A DNA stretch of 64,000 bases, taken from the IMG/VR virus record IMGVR_UViG_2786546901_000002. One strand, written 5' to 3'. Made by a program: the position numbers and the translations under genes. Below the pieces are notes generated by a model, which was not told the DNA's origin, searched no databases, and was given only the letters and a program-made list of their open reading frames with translations. This stretch comes from an uncultured virus (IMG/VR IMGVR_UViG_2786546901_000002) (Duplodnaviria > Heunggongvirae > Uroviricota > Caudoviricetes). Position 1 is the stretch's first letter. Each line of letters begins with the position of its first letter. Positions 40,438 to 49,234 of this stretch are shown here, piece by piece.

Positions 40438-41328
40438 ATGAGATACATCATCGATTCACGTTATTTCGACGGGACATGCCTCACGTCGATGTCGGATGAC
40501 ATGCACAGCGACTACGGCGGCGAGACGCTGGAAGCACTGCGCGAAAGGGAGAAGAACCCGTACCTGGTCGCTGTATCACCGGTACGCATGACACTGCTTG
40601 TGAAGCGTTATACCCGGGCACTTTGCAAGCCCTTCCATGAAATTACGGAGGAACGTTATTACGAACTGCTGGAATGCCTGCCTCCGGCCCGCATGCAGAG
40701 CGACTGGTTCTTTGTCGGGGAACCGTATTACCGAAACCTGTACGCGCTCTGTTTCGAGTCGGACGGCAGGTATTTCCGGGCGGAACGTCCCGTACGTCTT
40801 TCCAATGTGGAAATCTACCGCCAGATTCGGGAACACATGGAGAAAGTAAACCTGCATCCCGCCATCGTCAAGAAGGCTTCCTTTGTCAAATATGTCAATT
40901 GGTACAAAAAGACGGTCACCTACATACCGTACTATTTCGAGTATGGAGGTAAAATATATTTCCTGAAGAACCTCGCCACTCGGACGGGATCCGAATTTGG
41001 CGACCGCCGGGAACGGAACGAGATGGCGGCATTGCTGAGGAACCTGCGCGGAAACCGCTACGAATACTGTACTTTCTACTCCCAAAAGAAGGACATCTTC
41101 GAGTTTTTTGACTGGCTACGGAAGAACAAATACACGCTGGAAATCCAGGGCGACTTGTTCGACTTTGCGGATGACCGCTCCCACGTGGACTTTCACGGCA
41201 ATGTATGCGAGTATTCGGCTGTGTTCCATTACCGCATCTATTCACGCAAGCTTTTTGGCCATATCATTAACCAGCTACGCACCGTGAAACGGTATCACGC
41301 GTGGCATAAAAGGAGGGAAATACGATGA
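40438..41328 (+). CDS. Hypothetical protein
   Basis: EITEERYYELLECLPP motif. Confidence 0.6.
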   Translation: MRYIIDSRYFDGTCLTSMSDDMHSDYGGETLEALREREKNPYLVAVSPVRMTLLVKRYTRALCKPFHEITEERYYELLECLPPARMQSDWFFVGEPYYRNLYALCFESDGRYFRAERPVRLSNVEIYRQIREHMEKVNLHPAIVKKASFVKYVNWYKKTVTYIPYYFEYGGKIYFLKNLATRTGSEFGDRRERNEMAALLRNLRGNRYEYCTFYSQKKDIFEFFDWLRKNKYTLEIQGDLFDFADDRSHVDFHGNVCEYSAVFHYRIYSRKLFGHIINQLRTVKRYHAWHKRREIR

Positions 41329-41783
41329 AAATCTCAAATGAACCTACCCCATACCTCCTGCTCAAGGCAGGAACTGACAGTGCATGGGATTGCTGCGACT
41401 TTGCAATCGTGTACCTGTCAAAAGAGTGGAGACAGACACAGTCCGGCAGGCTGGAAGCCGTCAAGCCATTCAAGGATGACATCAGTTTCCAGTCTTTGAA
41501 CTTTTATGACATATCGGTTGGTTTTTACCAGCCGGACGAGGACGGGATACTGGGCAGCGAGGACTTGCCGGAAGACAATAACTGGTGCTTCGTGGAACTG
41601 ACCGAAACGGAACTGGAAAGGTTGGTTCCGCCGGACAATGTGCTGGTCAGCCATATCTTGGCGGTATTTGCAAACGGGGAAGCCAGATACCGGGCGTACG
41701 GCAAACATACCGACGAGCGATTCTGGACTGAAAAATTCCCTTTGCAACAGATTTTGGATATACTGGCGAGTCATGAATCTTAA
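41325..41783 (+). CDS. Hypothetical protein
   Basis: ATGA overlap with the previous gene. Confidence 0.6.
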   Translation: MKISNEPTPYLLLKAGTDSAWDCCDFAIVYLSKEWRQTQSGRLEAVKPFKDDISFQSLNFYDISVGFYQPDEDGILGSEDLPEDNNWCFVELTETELERLVPPDNVLVSHILAVFANGEARYRAYGKHTDERFWTEKFPLQQILDILASHES

Positions 41784-41798
41784 AATTTCAAAGCAACT

Positions 41799-42074
41799 AT
41801 GACAGAAATCATCAAAACGGACGGAACACGCCAACCCGTGCAGCCAGCCAATGGCTCAGACTTCACGCTGGAGGAGATGCAGGCGATTGTCGGCGGCTAC
41901 ATCGAACTGGTGGAACTGGACGGGAACACGACAATGGTCGTCAACGAGGAAGGCAAATTTATCCCTCTGTCCCTCAATCTTGAAGCGAGCAGGATATTCC
42001 GTGCTCATCACCCGGCGTCGAAAGACTTCATCGTTGGGGACGTACTTGTGTGCAATAACAATCAAATCAGATAA
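41799..42074 (+). CDS. DUF3846-like small protein
   Basis: LEEMQAIVGGYIE...VNEEGK...N..AS...IVGDVLV. Confidence 0.65.
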   Translation: MTEIIKTDGTRQPVQPANGSDFTLEEMQAIVGGYIELVELDGNTTMVVNEEGKFIPLSLNLEASRIFRAHHPASKDFIVGDVLVCNNNQIR

Positions 42075-42078
42075 AATT

Positions 42079-42558
42079 ATGGATAAAGAGAAAGCAAAAG
42101 CGCTCAGCAAGACCCTCGCATGCTACAAAGAATTACAAGAGAATAACAGTGTAAACCTGATCGAGTTCCATACCGCTGACGGGCAGAAACACGGTATCGG
42201 CAACCCGGAAGCCATCAAGCTGTTGCTTTCGGTGGCCGTCATCGAACTGGAACGCCAGCTCCGGACCGCACAGTTCGGTGATATTCCGGAAAGCCTGGAG
42301 AACAGCCGCGAGTACAAGGCGGCCAAACAGCTGGAATACGCCATGAACGATTTGGGATTCAAGTCCGAACGTTTCGCCCAGGCTCTTCCTTATTTCCACA
42401 AGACACTGGAACAGACATTCTTCAGAACGGTAAAGGCTTCCATTACCGCTATGGCAGGGCGTGATTCACGCTGCATTGACGACCGCAACCGTGCTTCATA
42501 CGAGATGTGTCAAATGCTGGCCTCCATGCTGGAAGATACCCGTCTGCCCTTTATCTAA
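42079..42558 (+). CDS. Hypothetical protein
   Basis: Start taken at MDKEK. Confidence 0.6.
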   Translation: MDKEKAKALSKTLACYKELQENNSVNLIEFHTADGQKHGIGNPEAIKLLLSVAVIELERQLRTAQFGDIPESLENSREYKAAKQLEYAMNDLGFKSERFAQALPYFHKTLEQTFFRTVKASITAMAGRDSRCIDDRNRASYEMCQMLASMLEDTRLPFI

Positions 42559-42563
42559 ATGCC

Positions 42564-42884
42564 ATGTTCATAGACGAGAGGACACAAAACCGCCTCCATG
42601 CCGTGCCGGGAGAGAGTATCTCCCACGGCACGATGCGCACGCAGGACCTGATTCCGGCGTTCTTGGACGTTATCCGTGACACACCGGAGTACGTGCAGGT
42701 GATGAATGCCATCCCCGCCCATGCCATGGAGGACAAAGAAGCAGACTGGTGGAACAGCGATGACGCGGCGGGATTGCTGGAATCGCTGTTCGACACGCTC
42801 GATAGTTACTCACCGGAGGGGTACTATTTCGGTGCTCATCTCGGTGACGGGTCCGATTACGGATTTTGGAAAATGGACAAGTGA
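42564..42884 (+). CDS. Hypothetical protein
   Basis: PEGYYFGAH.GDGSDYGFW motif. Confidence 0.6.
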   Translation: MFIDERTQNRLHAVPGESISHGTMRTQDLIPAFLDVIRDTPEYVQVMNAIPAHAMEDKEADWWNSDDAAGLLESLFDTLDSYSPEGYYFGAHLGDGSDYGFWKMDK

Positions 42885-43086
42885 ATGTCGGAACATGGTA
42901 CGGATTACAAAAGACAAGCGGCATGACATTCTCAAAGACGGGATTCGTATCGGGCAAATCTATCTTGCCCGTGCCGAAAGCAGGAAATTAAGATACTGGG
43001 CAATCTCTTGCATGAGTGGAATCGGCTTCAACACTTTCAATGAAGCCCGCAGTTATGCCAAGGATTTCCTTTAATAAAAGAATCGC

Positions 43087-43332
43087 ATGAAAAATTGGAT
43101 ACAACAGATGCTTTTGTGGCGTAAAAAGACGGACAAGGGCAGAATGACACTCGGAAAGGTGCAGAAAGAGTATCGCGAGAATGACGTATGCATGGGAGAA
43201 CTCCTTGATGCCCTTCCCGCCGACGGCCTTTCCATAGAGGAAGCTTTCGAGCTGGCTATCACCGCCAAGAAGTGGGCGGACGGAGACCGTTTCTACCGGA
43301 GTATCAACGATGGAGAACCGGAAGAATTGTAA
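43087..43332 (+). CDS. Hypothetical protein
   Basis: Co-directional ORF. Confidence 0.5.
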   Translation: MKNWIQQMLLWRKKTDKGRMTLGKVQKEYRENDVCMGELLDALPADGLSIEEAFELAITAKKWADGDRFYRSINDGEPEEL

Positions 43333-43360
43333 GGTAAATAACAATAAACAATAATGACAA

Positions 43361-44008
43361 ATGAGCAGATATGATTTTATAAGATTCGGCGGCTTTGTCA
43401 ACTGGGCGGACGAGGACACGGACACGTTCCGGAAAATGAAAGTCTGCCTGCCGGTAAAGGAGCCTGTCGAAGATGACACGAAAATAGGACTGATTTCCAC
43501 GGACGAGGACAATCCGGAAGAAATCGCGGTTTCCTATTCCGTCAGGGCAGCCGAACTCATCCCTTGGACGGACTCATTCCAGGAAGGATACTGGAAAGCC
43601 CTGATAGTGGCAGAGGCAAACGGAGCAGGCACGGACGTATTGCTGCCCATGCTCAAAGATGCCGGACTATGCCTGATGGAATGTGTCTTCCTGATGCTCC
43701 GGAGCGATGCCTGCAAACTGTTTCCGGTCCTGTGCCGGCTGTTCCCGGAAGTGGAGGAAATGTTTGAGATTATCACATGGAATGACAGGGAATATTTTGT
43801 CAGGGAACTGACGCTGTTCCGTGGAACGGGCGGGGAATACAAAACCCTGGTCTCTGTAACGGGTCTGCAAGACGTGCTGGTCGGCAAAGACGGCGCACCC
43901 ATATCGGACGAGGCGGAGGCCGTGGACCGGAAAATCTGCTATTACTTCACGGACGAGGAGTTCCTGCTGCCGGAAGAGCGGCTTGTGGCCCTTGCGGAGG
44001 ATGCGTGA
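43361..44008 (+). CDS. Hypothetical protein
   Basis: 215-aa acidic ORF. Confidence 0.6.
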   Translation: MSRYDFIRFGGFVNWADEDTDTFRKMKVCLPVKEPVEDDTKIGLISTDEDNPEEIAVSYSVRAAELIPWTDSFQEGYWKALIVAEANGAGTDVLLPMLKDAGLCLMECVFLMLRSDACKLFPVLCRLFPEVEEMFEIITWNDREYFVRELTLFRGTGGEYKTLVSVTGLQDVLVGKDGAPISDEAEAVDRKICYYFTDEEFLLPEERLVALAEDA

Positions 44009-44021
44009 GAAATCATAATGT

Positions 44022-44690
44022 ATGTACAAAGACCAGAAAATGAATAAAAGAATGAACAAACAGCAAACCACTCCCGTTACCGACACTTTTAAGGGGATGC
44101 TACTTATGTCAATGGGTGTCCCTGTAGGAAACATCCGTCCCTACCGTTTGAAGTCGGCACCTTCCTGCCTCGGCGGTTTCGAGCGCATGAGCGTAGCGGC
44201 AGCACGAGCCTCGGGAATGGATATCCCGGAGACGGAGAAAGAGAACGATGAAGTTTACATATGCCGCTTGGGACCCGCCGTCTTCCATAAATGGATGCCT
44301 GTCTGGATGTTCGAAACCGCTTTCGAACCGGTTCCCGAGCAGAGACGCGGTGACCGCATCCGAACACTTACGGAAGAGATGAACAACCATCACGTGGCGG
44401 AGAAAGCCCTGAATGAAAAATGTTACGCCCTGTCCGTGAAGCTGCTTTCCGAGTGTGGCGGCAGCCTTGATGACAACGGTGAACAATCCTCGACCTATCT
44501 CCATGTTGTGGACCGTGACCCCGTGGAACTGGTCATCACGAACGCGTCGCTCCGGAAAGACGGGAAAATCTTCATCATGGGTTACAGTTACTACACGGGC
44601 GAGGAGTACGAGCAGGAATGTGACGTAGAATCCGGCATGGACATACTGAATTTTATCCTTTCCCAAAAAAGTTTTGAGTGCCATGAATGA
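44022..44690 (+). CDS. Hypothetical protein (overlaps the RT start)
   Basis: Up to 222 aa; start uncertain. Confidence 0.55.
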   Translation: MYKDQKMNKRMNKQQTTPVTDTFKGMLLMSMGVPVGNIRPYRLKSAPSCLGGFERMSVAAARASGMDIPETEKENDEVYICRLGPAVFHKWMPVWMFETAFEPVPEQRRGDRIRTLTEEMNNHHVAEKALNEKCYALSVKLLSECGGSLDDNGEQSSTYLHVVDRDPVELVITNASLRKDGKIFIMGYSYYTGEEYEQECDVESGMDILNFILSQKSFECHE

Positions 44691-45945
44691 AGACAAGATA
44701 TTGCAAATGTTCTTCGACATAGGCCGGTGGACGAAGGCCATTGAGAAAGGCGTGCTGAAAGACATTAGGAAAGACCAACTTATTCGGCTGACCGACGAGC
44801 ATACCCGTATGGCGATGGCCTATGCCATGCGCCGGGGAAAGTACGAGATTTCCCCTCCCCACACGGCGCAGATACCCAAGGACAACGGTGAGTTCCGCAC
44901 AGTGTACGTAAACGAGCCGATGGACCGCGTAGTACTGGGTATCGCCAACGACCTGCTCTTCGAGTTGATGCCGGAGATGCTGCACTCTTCGTGCAAGTCC
45001 TACCAGACCGGTATAGGGTGCGGCAAGGTAGTTACGGAAGTCAGCCACCGGATGACAGAAACCGGCAATAGCGGCTGTCTGGGCTGGAAGTCCGACCTTT
45101 CCAAATACTTCGACAGTGTTCCGATACGGTTCATCGACGAGGCGTTCGACAAGGTGGAGGCCAAACACGGCCAGTCTGCCCTGATAGACGTACTTAGGAA
45201 ATATTACCACTCGGACCTCTATTTCGATGAAGATAACCGGTTGCAAAGCAAGTATCAATCCTTGAAACAGGGTTGTGCTGTGGCTAGCTGGCTGGCGGAT
45301 GTACTGCTCTACGACCTAGACAGGGAACTGTCACAAATGAACGGCTACTACGTCCGGTATTCCGACGATATGCTTTTTATCGGCAAGGATTATGAAAAAG
45401 CGATGGACACACTCCAAAAACGCCTGGAAGATAAATCCATGAAGCTAAATCCCAAGAAAGTGGAATACCTGGCAGCCGATGTCTGGTTCAAGTTCTTAGG
45501 ATTCAGTATCAAGGGCGGCATGGTCTCGCTCTCGTCATCACGCATCAAGACCTTCCAGCACGAGATCGAGCGGCGGACAATCCGCTGCCGGGACACGACA
45601 CTGGCAAAAGCCGTGGACGCCGTGAACCGTTACCTGTACAAGGGCGAGTTCAGCTGGGCGATACAGGTATTGCCGGTCTGTAATGTGAAGAGTGACCTCA
45701 ACGAGCTGAACAAGTTCGTGATGGACTGCTTTAGAGCCGTTCAGACGGGCAGGTGCAAGATCGGCGGTCTGGGATATGTCCGAACCAAACCGGATGGCTG
45801 CATCGTCCGGGGACGGGGACGCAACGTGAAGGCCAACCGCGATAAAACAGACCGGGACATACCGGGTTACCTGACTGTCGGCTGCATGCGTAACGCCCTT
45901 CTGACCAGCCGGGCGGTGTACAACACGCTGGTGGCATCGCTATAA
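44683..45945 (+). CDS. Reverse transcriptase, unknown-group type
   Basis: IPKDNGEFRTV, KSDLSKYFDSV, LKQGCAVAS, YVRYSDD and FKFLGF motifs. Confidence 0.92.
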   Translation: MNEDKILQMFFDIGRWTKAIEKGVLKDIRKDQLIRLTDEHTRMAMAYAMRRGKYEISPPHTAQIPKDNGEFRTVYVNEPMDRVVLGIANDLLFELMPEMLHSSCKSYQTGIGCGKVVTEVSHRMTETGNSGCLGWKSDLSKYFDSVPIRFIDEAFDKVEAKHGQSALIDVLRKYYHSDLYFDEDNRLQSKYQSLKQGCAVASWLADVLLYDLDRELSQMNGYYVRYSDDMLFIGKDYEKAMDTLQKRLEDKSMKLNPKKVEYLAADVWFKFLGFSIKGGMVSLSSSRIKTFQHEIERRTIRCRDTTLAKAVDAVNRYLYKGEFSWAIQVLPVCNVKSDLNELNKFVMDCFRAVQTGRCKIGGLGYVRTKPDGCIVRGRGRNVKANRDKTDRDIPGYLTVGCMRNALLTSRAVYNTLVASL

Positions 45946-45954
45946 GTTACGCCG

Positions 45955-46790
45955 GGCACACGGCAGAACGGGTGGACGGGCAGGCTATTCAACGTTACAG
46001 GCTTATAACCAGAATCCATATCGAGATTAACCGGTCTAACACCCGGTTAATCCCATCTCGATTCTGGCTGCGCCTGTAATGTATCGGGAAATTAAAGTCA
46101 TGTGCCGTCTGTCCCGTACCCGTTACCGGAGCACACCGGGAAAGTTCAAGGAATAGGTTTGGGCATCCCGCGTACCAACGTCTTCTTTCCGAGTCTGAAG
46201 GCGGCTGACCGTCGCCTTCGGACTCCGCAGAAGACCCATACGCGGGATACATCGGAAGCATAAAGCCATGTGCCGGTATTATGAGAACTTTCAGTCTTTT
46301 CCAGCACGGGAACGTGCGGTTCGGGGGAATGGATTCAGCCTGCTGTCCCCGATAAGCCCGTCTCGCGCCGTCGTATCCCTAACGTTATACGACGGCGCCA
46401 TTCCGGCTTCCGCCACAGCAGACATCGGACCTGTAAAGGAACGTGCCGGCATTCCGGGAACCGCAAAAAGAACAGCACAGGGCAAAGGGGGCAAGGCCGG
46501 GATTTCAACAGAGCCGCAATTCACACGGCTGGAGCCTGTGTTATCTCCTGCTAACACGACAGATGACACAGGTTCCAGCTGTACTCGCGGCCCGTATCAG
46601 GTTTTTAAAGGGATGTGCCGTCCGGATGAGTCCCCTGAACAGAAGGTAGCGCGACCGCATATGCACGAGGGACCCAAATTCAAGATACAGTATTCAAGCT
46701 TGGTCCTGAGCCAGGCAACTACCTGGTTCAGGACCGAAGTCCTACTGTATTTATCAGGACTATAAAGATACGCGCCAGGGGTTTGAGTGC
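45955..46790 (+). ncRNA. Array of five structured ~145-170-nt ncRNA units downstream of the RT
   Basis: Each unit has a long inverted repeat followed by ATCRG-N5-TAAAG-N3-YGYGCC; TAAAG starts at 46093, 46261, 46434, 46606 and 46763. Confidence 0.8.
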
Positions 46791-46814
46791 CATTAATTGT
46801 AAACAGGTGAGAAA

Positions 46815-47294
46815 ATGGAAGATATTTACCGAGAAACCGTCACCGCCATAGAGAACGGCGCAAATTTCCGGATTGATTTCCAGTCCAGAAGTTTAAAAGT
46901 AAACGGGAGACACATGATACGGAACGGCAGGTATGATGGCGCTCCGTGGTTGCCGGAGTACGGCTGCGGGGATTTTTTCACGGATGTGGAGGAGCTGTAC
47001 CGCCGCTATAAACATTCGATACCATCGGAGCGCAGCCAGAGCAAGTCCCGCCGGTATTTCATGGCATTGCCCGAAAGTGACCTCGAGGACGGGGACATGC
47101 TGTACGGGCAACACCGGGATACCGCGCAATTCGAGCTGGAATTCTATATCCTCTGCCGGATTATAGGCGGGTTCACATGGAATCCCGAAACGATGGGCAA
47201 ATGGTTCTGGCAAAGCGAAAAAGACAAGGACCTGGTGATACTCAGAAAATGGGTGGAACCCGGAAGTAATCAATTATTAACAAATTCACAATGA
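46815..47294 (+). CDS. Hypothetical protein, candidate RT-system partner
   Basis: 159 aa immediately after the array. Confidence 0.7.
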   Translation: MEDIYRETVTAIENGANFRIDFQSRSLKVNGRHMIRNGRYDGAPWLPEYGCGDFFTDVEELYRRYKHSIPSERSQSKSRRYFMALPESDLEDGDMLYGQHRDTAQFELEFYILCRIIGGFTWNPETMGKWFWQSEKDKDLVILRKWVEPGSNQLLTNSQ

Positions 47295-48379
47295 GTAGAA
47301 AGAAACAAGAAACAAAAGTCCTGTGCCCCGGATGCGGCACGGAATTCGCCATCGCGGACAAGGAATTTGCCGCCACGGGCACCGTTATCGGCAAGAATTC
47401 GGATTTGGGCACCGTCTATCCGGTGGTGGCCGGCCATAATTCTCCTGCCGGACTTCCCAAAGGGGCGCGGGAGCGTATCGAGGCACTCCGCGGTGCCGGT
47501 GTGGACGTGAGCTGCCTGTTCGCCATGCAGGGAGCCGAGGGCGGCGAGTATATCGCCTCCAACAAAGACGGGAAACTTACCATCCTGGATGACAACGACC
47601 CGATATTCGGCAGCATCATGGCACAGGGTACCGTTCCCAACAACCGACTCTTCCGCCGGTGGGTCATGGCACAAATGTTCCATATGATGTCATACACGCA
47701 TTACCGTGAAAAAGAGCCGGCAGGGGTGACCGAGATGATTCACCGGAAAGGCTATGATTACCAGTGGAAAATGCTCTTGAACGAGCTGCACGCCCAGATG
47801 AAGATGGAACACAAGGACATCACGGGTTTTGCCGAGAGAAACCGCTGGTTCAACCGTGATGTGGTTTTGGCCATCGCGAGCGACTATGTCAACGCGCTGA
47901 AAAAACACGTGGGCAACCTGGAAACAAGAAAATGCAAGGGAGTTCCCTACAAGCGTATACACGGCCGTAATATTTTCGTGGAGGACCTGCAATCCAAACT
48001 GTACTACCCGCTTTCCATCGCGATAACCCACATCAGGCACGCGTTGGACGCCACACAGCTTTACAACGCGGTCAGACAGTTCAATGACCGTCGTATCCGG
48101 CTGCCATGGGGCACTCCTCAAAGCAAGGCATGGATGGATGCCTATAAGGGAGCCGGGGCGTTCTTTACCATGCAGAACCTGATTCGTTTCCACGGTTGCA
48201 CGGCTGTCAATGACCGGGGTCGGCGTCTGGACAAGTACCAGTCACTGACGTTCCTGTCAGCCAAGGCGGAAGAGTATAAAAACGGAGAAGGCTGGCGGTT
48301 GCTGGCAGTCCTGAAAAAAATGCTGGCGGACAACAATATCAACATCAAAAAGAAGATGGCGGCATGGCGTAAGAAATAG
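47291..48379 (+). CDS. Hypothetical protein with an N-terminal CPGC knuckle, candidate RT-system partner
   Basis: 362 aa, ATGA-coupled to the previous gene, followed by the sixth RNA unit. Confidence 0.7.
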   Translation: MSRKKQETKVLCPGCGTEFAIADKEFAATGTVIGKNSDLGTVYPVVAGHNSPAGLPKGARERIEALRGAGVDVSCLFAMQGAEGGEYIASNKDGKLTILDDNDPIFGSIMAQGTVPNNRLFRRWVMAQMFHMMSYTHYREKEPAGVTEMIHRKGYDYQWKMLLNELHAQMKMEHKDITGFAERNRWFNRDVVLAIASDYVNALKKHVGNLETRKCKGVPYKRIHGRNIFVEDLQSKLYYPLSIAITHIRHALDATQLYNAVRQFNDRRIRLPWGTPQSKAWMDAYKGAGAFFTMQNLIRFHGCTAVNDRGRRLDKYQSLTFLSAKAEEYKNGEGWRLLAVLKKMLADNNINIKKKMAAWRKK

Positions 48380-48409
48380 GCCGTCATCACCATCCGCCCG
48401 GTAGGCGGC

Positions 48410-48548
48410 GCGGTGTGGCGGGTCAGAATAAATTAGTACTCCCTCCATTGAAATGATGCTCATCCCTGTTAACACAAGATGAGCATCTTTCAATGGAGGC
48501 ATTACATCGAAAACGTAAAGAGATGCCCCTGTTTGACGACCACACCGC
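48410..48548 (+). ncRNA. Sixth (orphan) structured unit of the RT-associated family
   Basis: 22-bp hairpin followed by ATCGA-N5-TAAAG; outer stem GCGGTGTGG/CCACACCGC. Confidence 0.7.
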
Positions 48549-48581
48549 TATTCTAATCAAAACGACATAATCCTTTATACG

Positions 48582-48767
48582 ATGAGCAAGAAACAACTAC
48601 GACGCAGGGCCTACCTGCTGTACCGGTTACGAAAACAGGGTATCCGATGCCTGACACGTTGCCGGACCATCTTCTACCTTTACGGGGAGGATCCTAAATC
48701 AGTACCGCAGATTTGCAGCCTGATAAGCGAATTCCATTTCCATGTCCAGTTTGAAATACCCGCCTGA
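48582..48767 (+). CDS. Hypothetical protein
   Basis: 61-aa basic ORF. Confidence 0.45.
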   Translation: MSKKQLRRRAYLLYRLRKQGIRCLTRCRTIFYLYGEDPKSVPQICSLISEFHFHVQFEIPA

Positions 48768-48768
48768 C

Positions 48769-48921
48769 ATGAAACCGGGAGACATTGCAACGCTGAAAGT
48801 GCCCTACAAGGGCTATCGCCGTATAGAACTGTTGGAACGGCTCCAATACACCTGGCTGGTACGCATCTGCGAGAGCAGGAAGGAGATCGAGGTCTATGAA
48901 GACGAGTTCGAAACGGATTAA
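48769..48921 (+). CDS. Small hypothetical protein (50 aa, below the ORF-track cutoff)
   Basis: MKPGDIATLKVPYKG...EFETD; fills the gap between neighbours. Confidence 0.5.
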   Translation: MKPGDIATLKVPYKGYRRIELLERLQYTWLVRICESRKEIEVYEDEFETD

Positions 48922-48933
48922 AGGCACGGAACA

Positions 48934-49221
48934 ATGAAAGGAGAACAACAGGAAGAACGCGTACCGAACTTCATCGGCAATGCCGTCATTATCCTCACGG
49001 CCAGCCATCTGGGCTGCGAGGTGGAGATGCTCGCCACCGCACAGGAGGTGTGGCGGACGAAACGCCTGCCCGAGGCGGTACTGCTGGGCATGTACGAAAA
49101 GGCCGCACGCGATGCCGTGTCGGCTGTCCGGAAGAGAGGTCTGGCGGAACAGGCTGACCGTCTCGGAGAGATATTTTACAGGACGGGGGAATTTCCCCCG
49201 CCGGAAGAAGACAATACATAA
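48934..49221 (+). CDS. Hypothetical protein
   Basis: Co-directional ORF. Confidence 0.55.
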   Translation: MKGEQQEERVPNFIGNAVIILTASHLGCEVEMLATAQEVWRTKRLPEAVLLGMYEKAARDAVSAVRKRGLAEQADRLGEIFYRTGEFPPPEEDNT

Positions 49222-49234
49222 AAAGGAGTAACAA

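Noticed and set aside
44683..45945. RT as part of a diversity-generating retroelement
   Set aside because: No Avd-like gene recognised, no TR/VR pair differing at adenines seen in the window, and the motif reads QGCAVAS rather than the DGR-type GNLTSQ.
46268..46765. 165-aa ORF and other short ORFs over the array
   Set aside because: The translation is not protein-like and the periodic RNA structure explains the region better.
44683..46790. RT as a group II intron or a classical retron
   Set aside because: No domain V/VI sequence is recognisable after the ORF, retron NAxxH and VTG motifs were not seen, and the RNA is a downstream multi-unit array rather than a single msr-msd.
45955..46790. 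CRISPR array or stacked terminators
   Set aside because: There are no identical direct repeats and no cas genes; the hairpins lack U-tracts and share a fixed-spacing motif.
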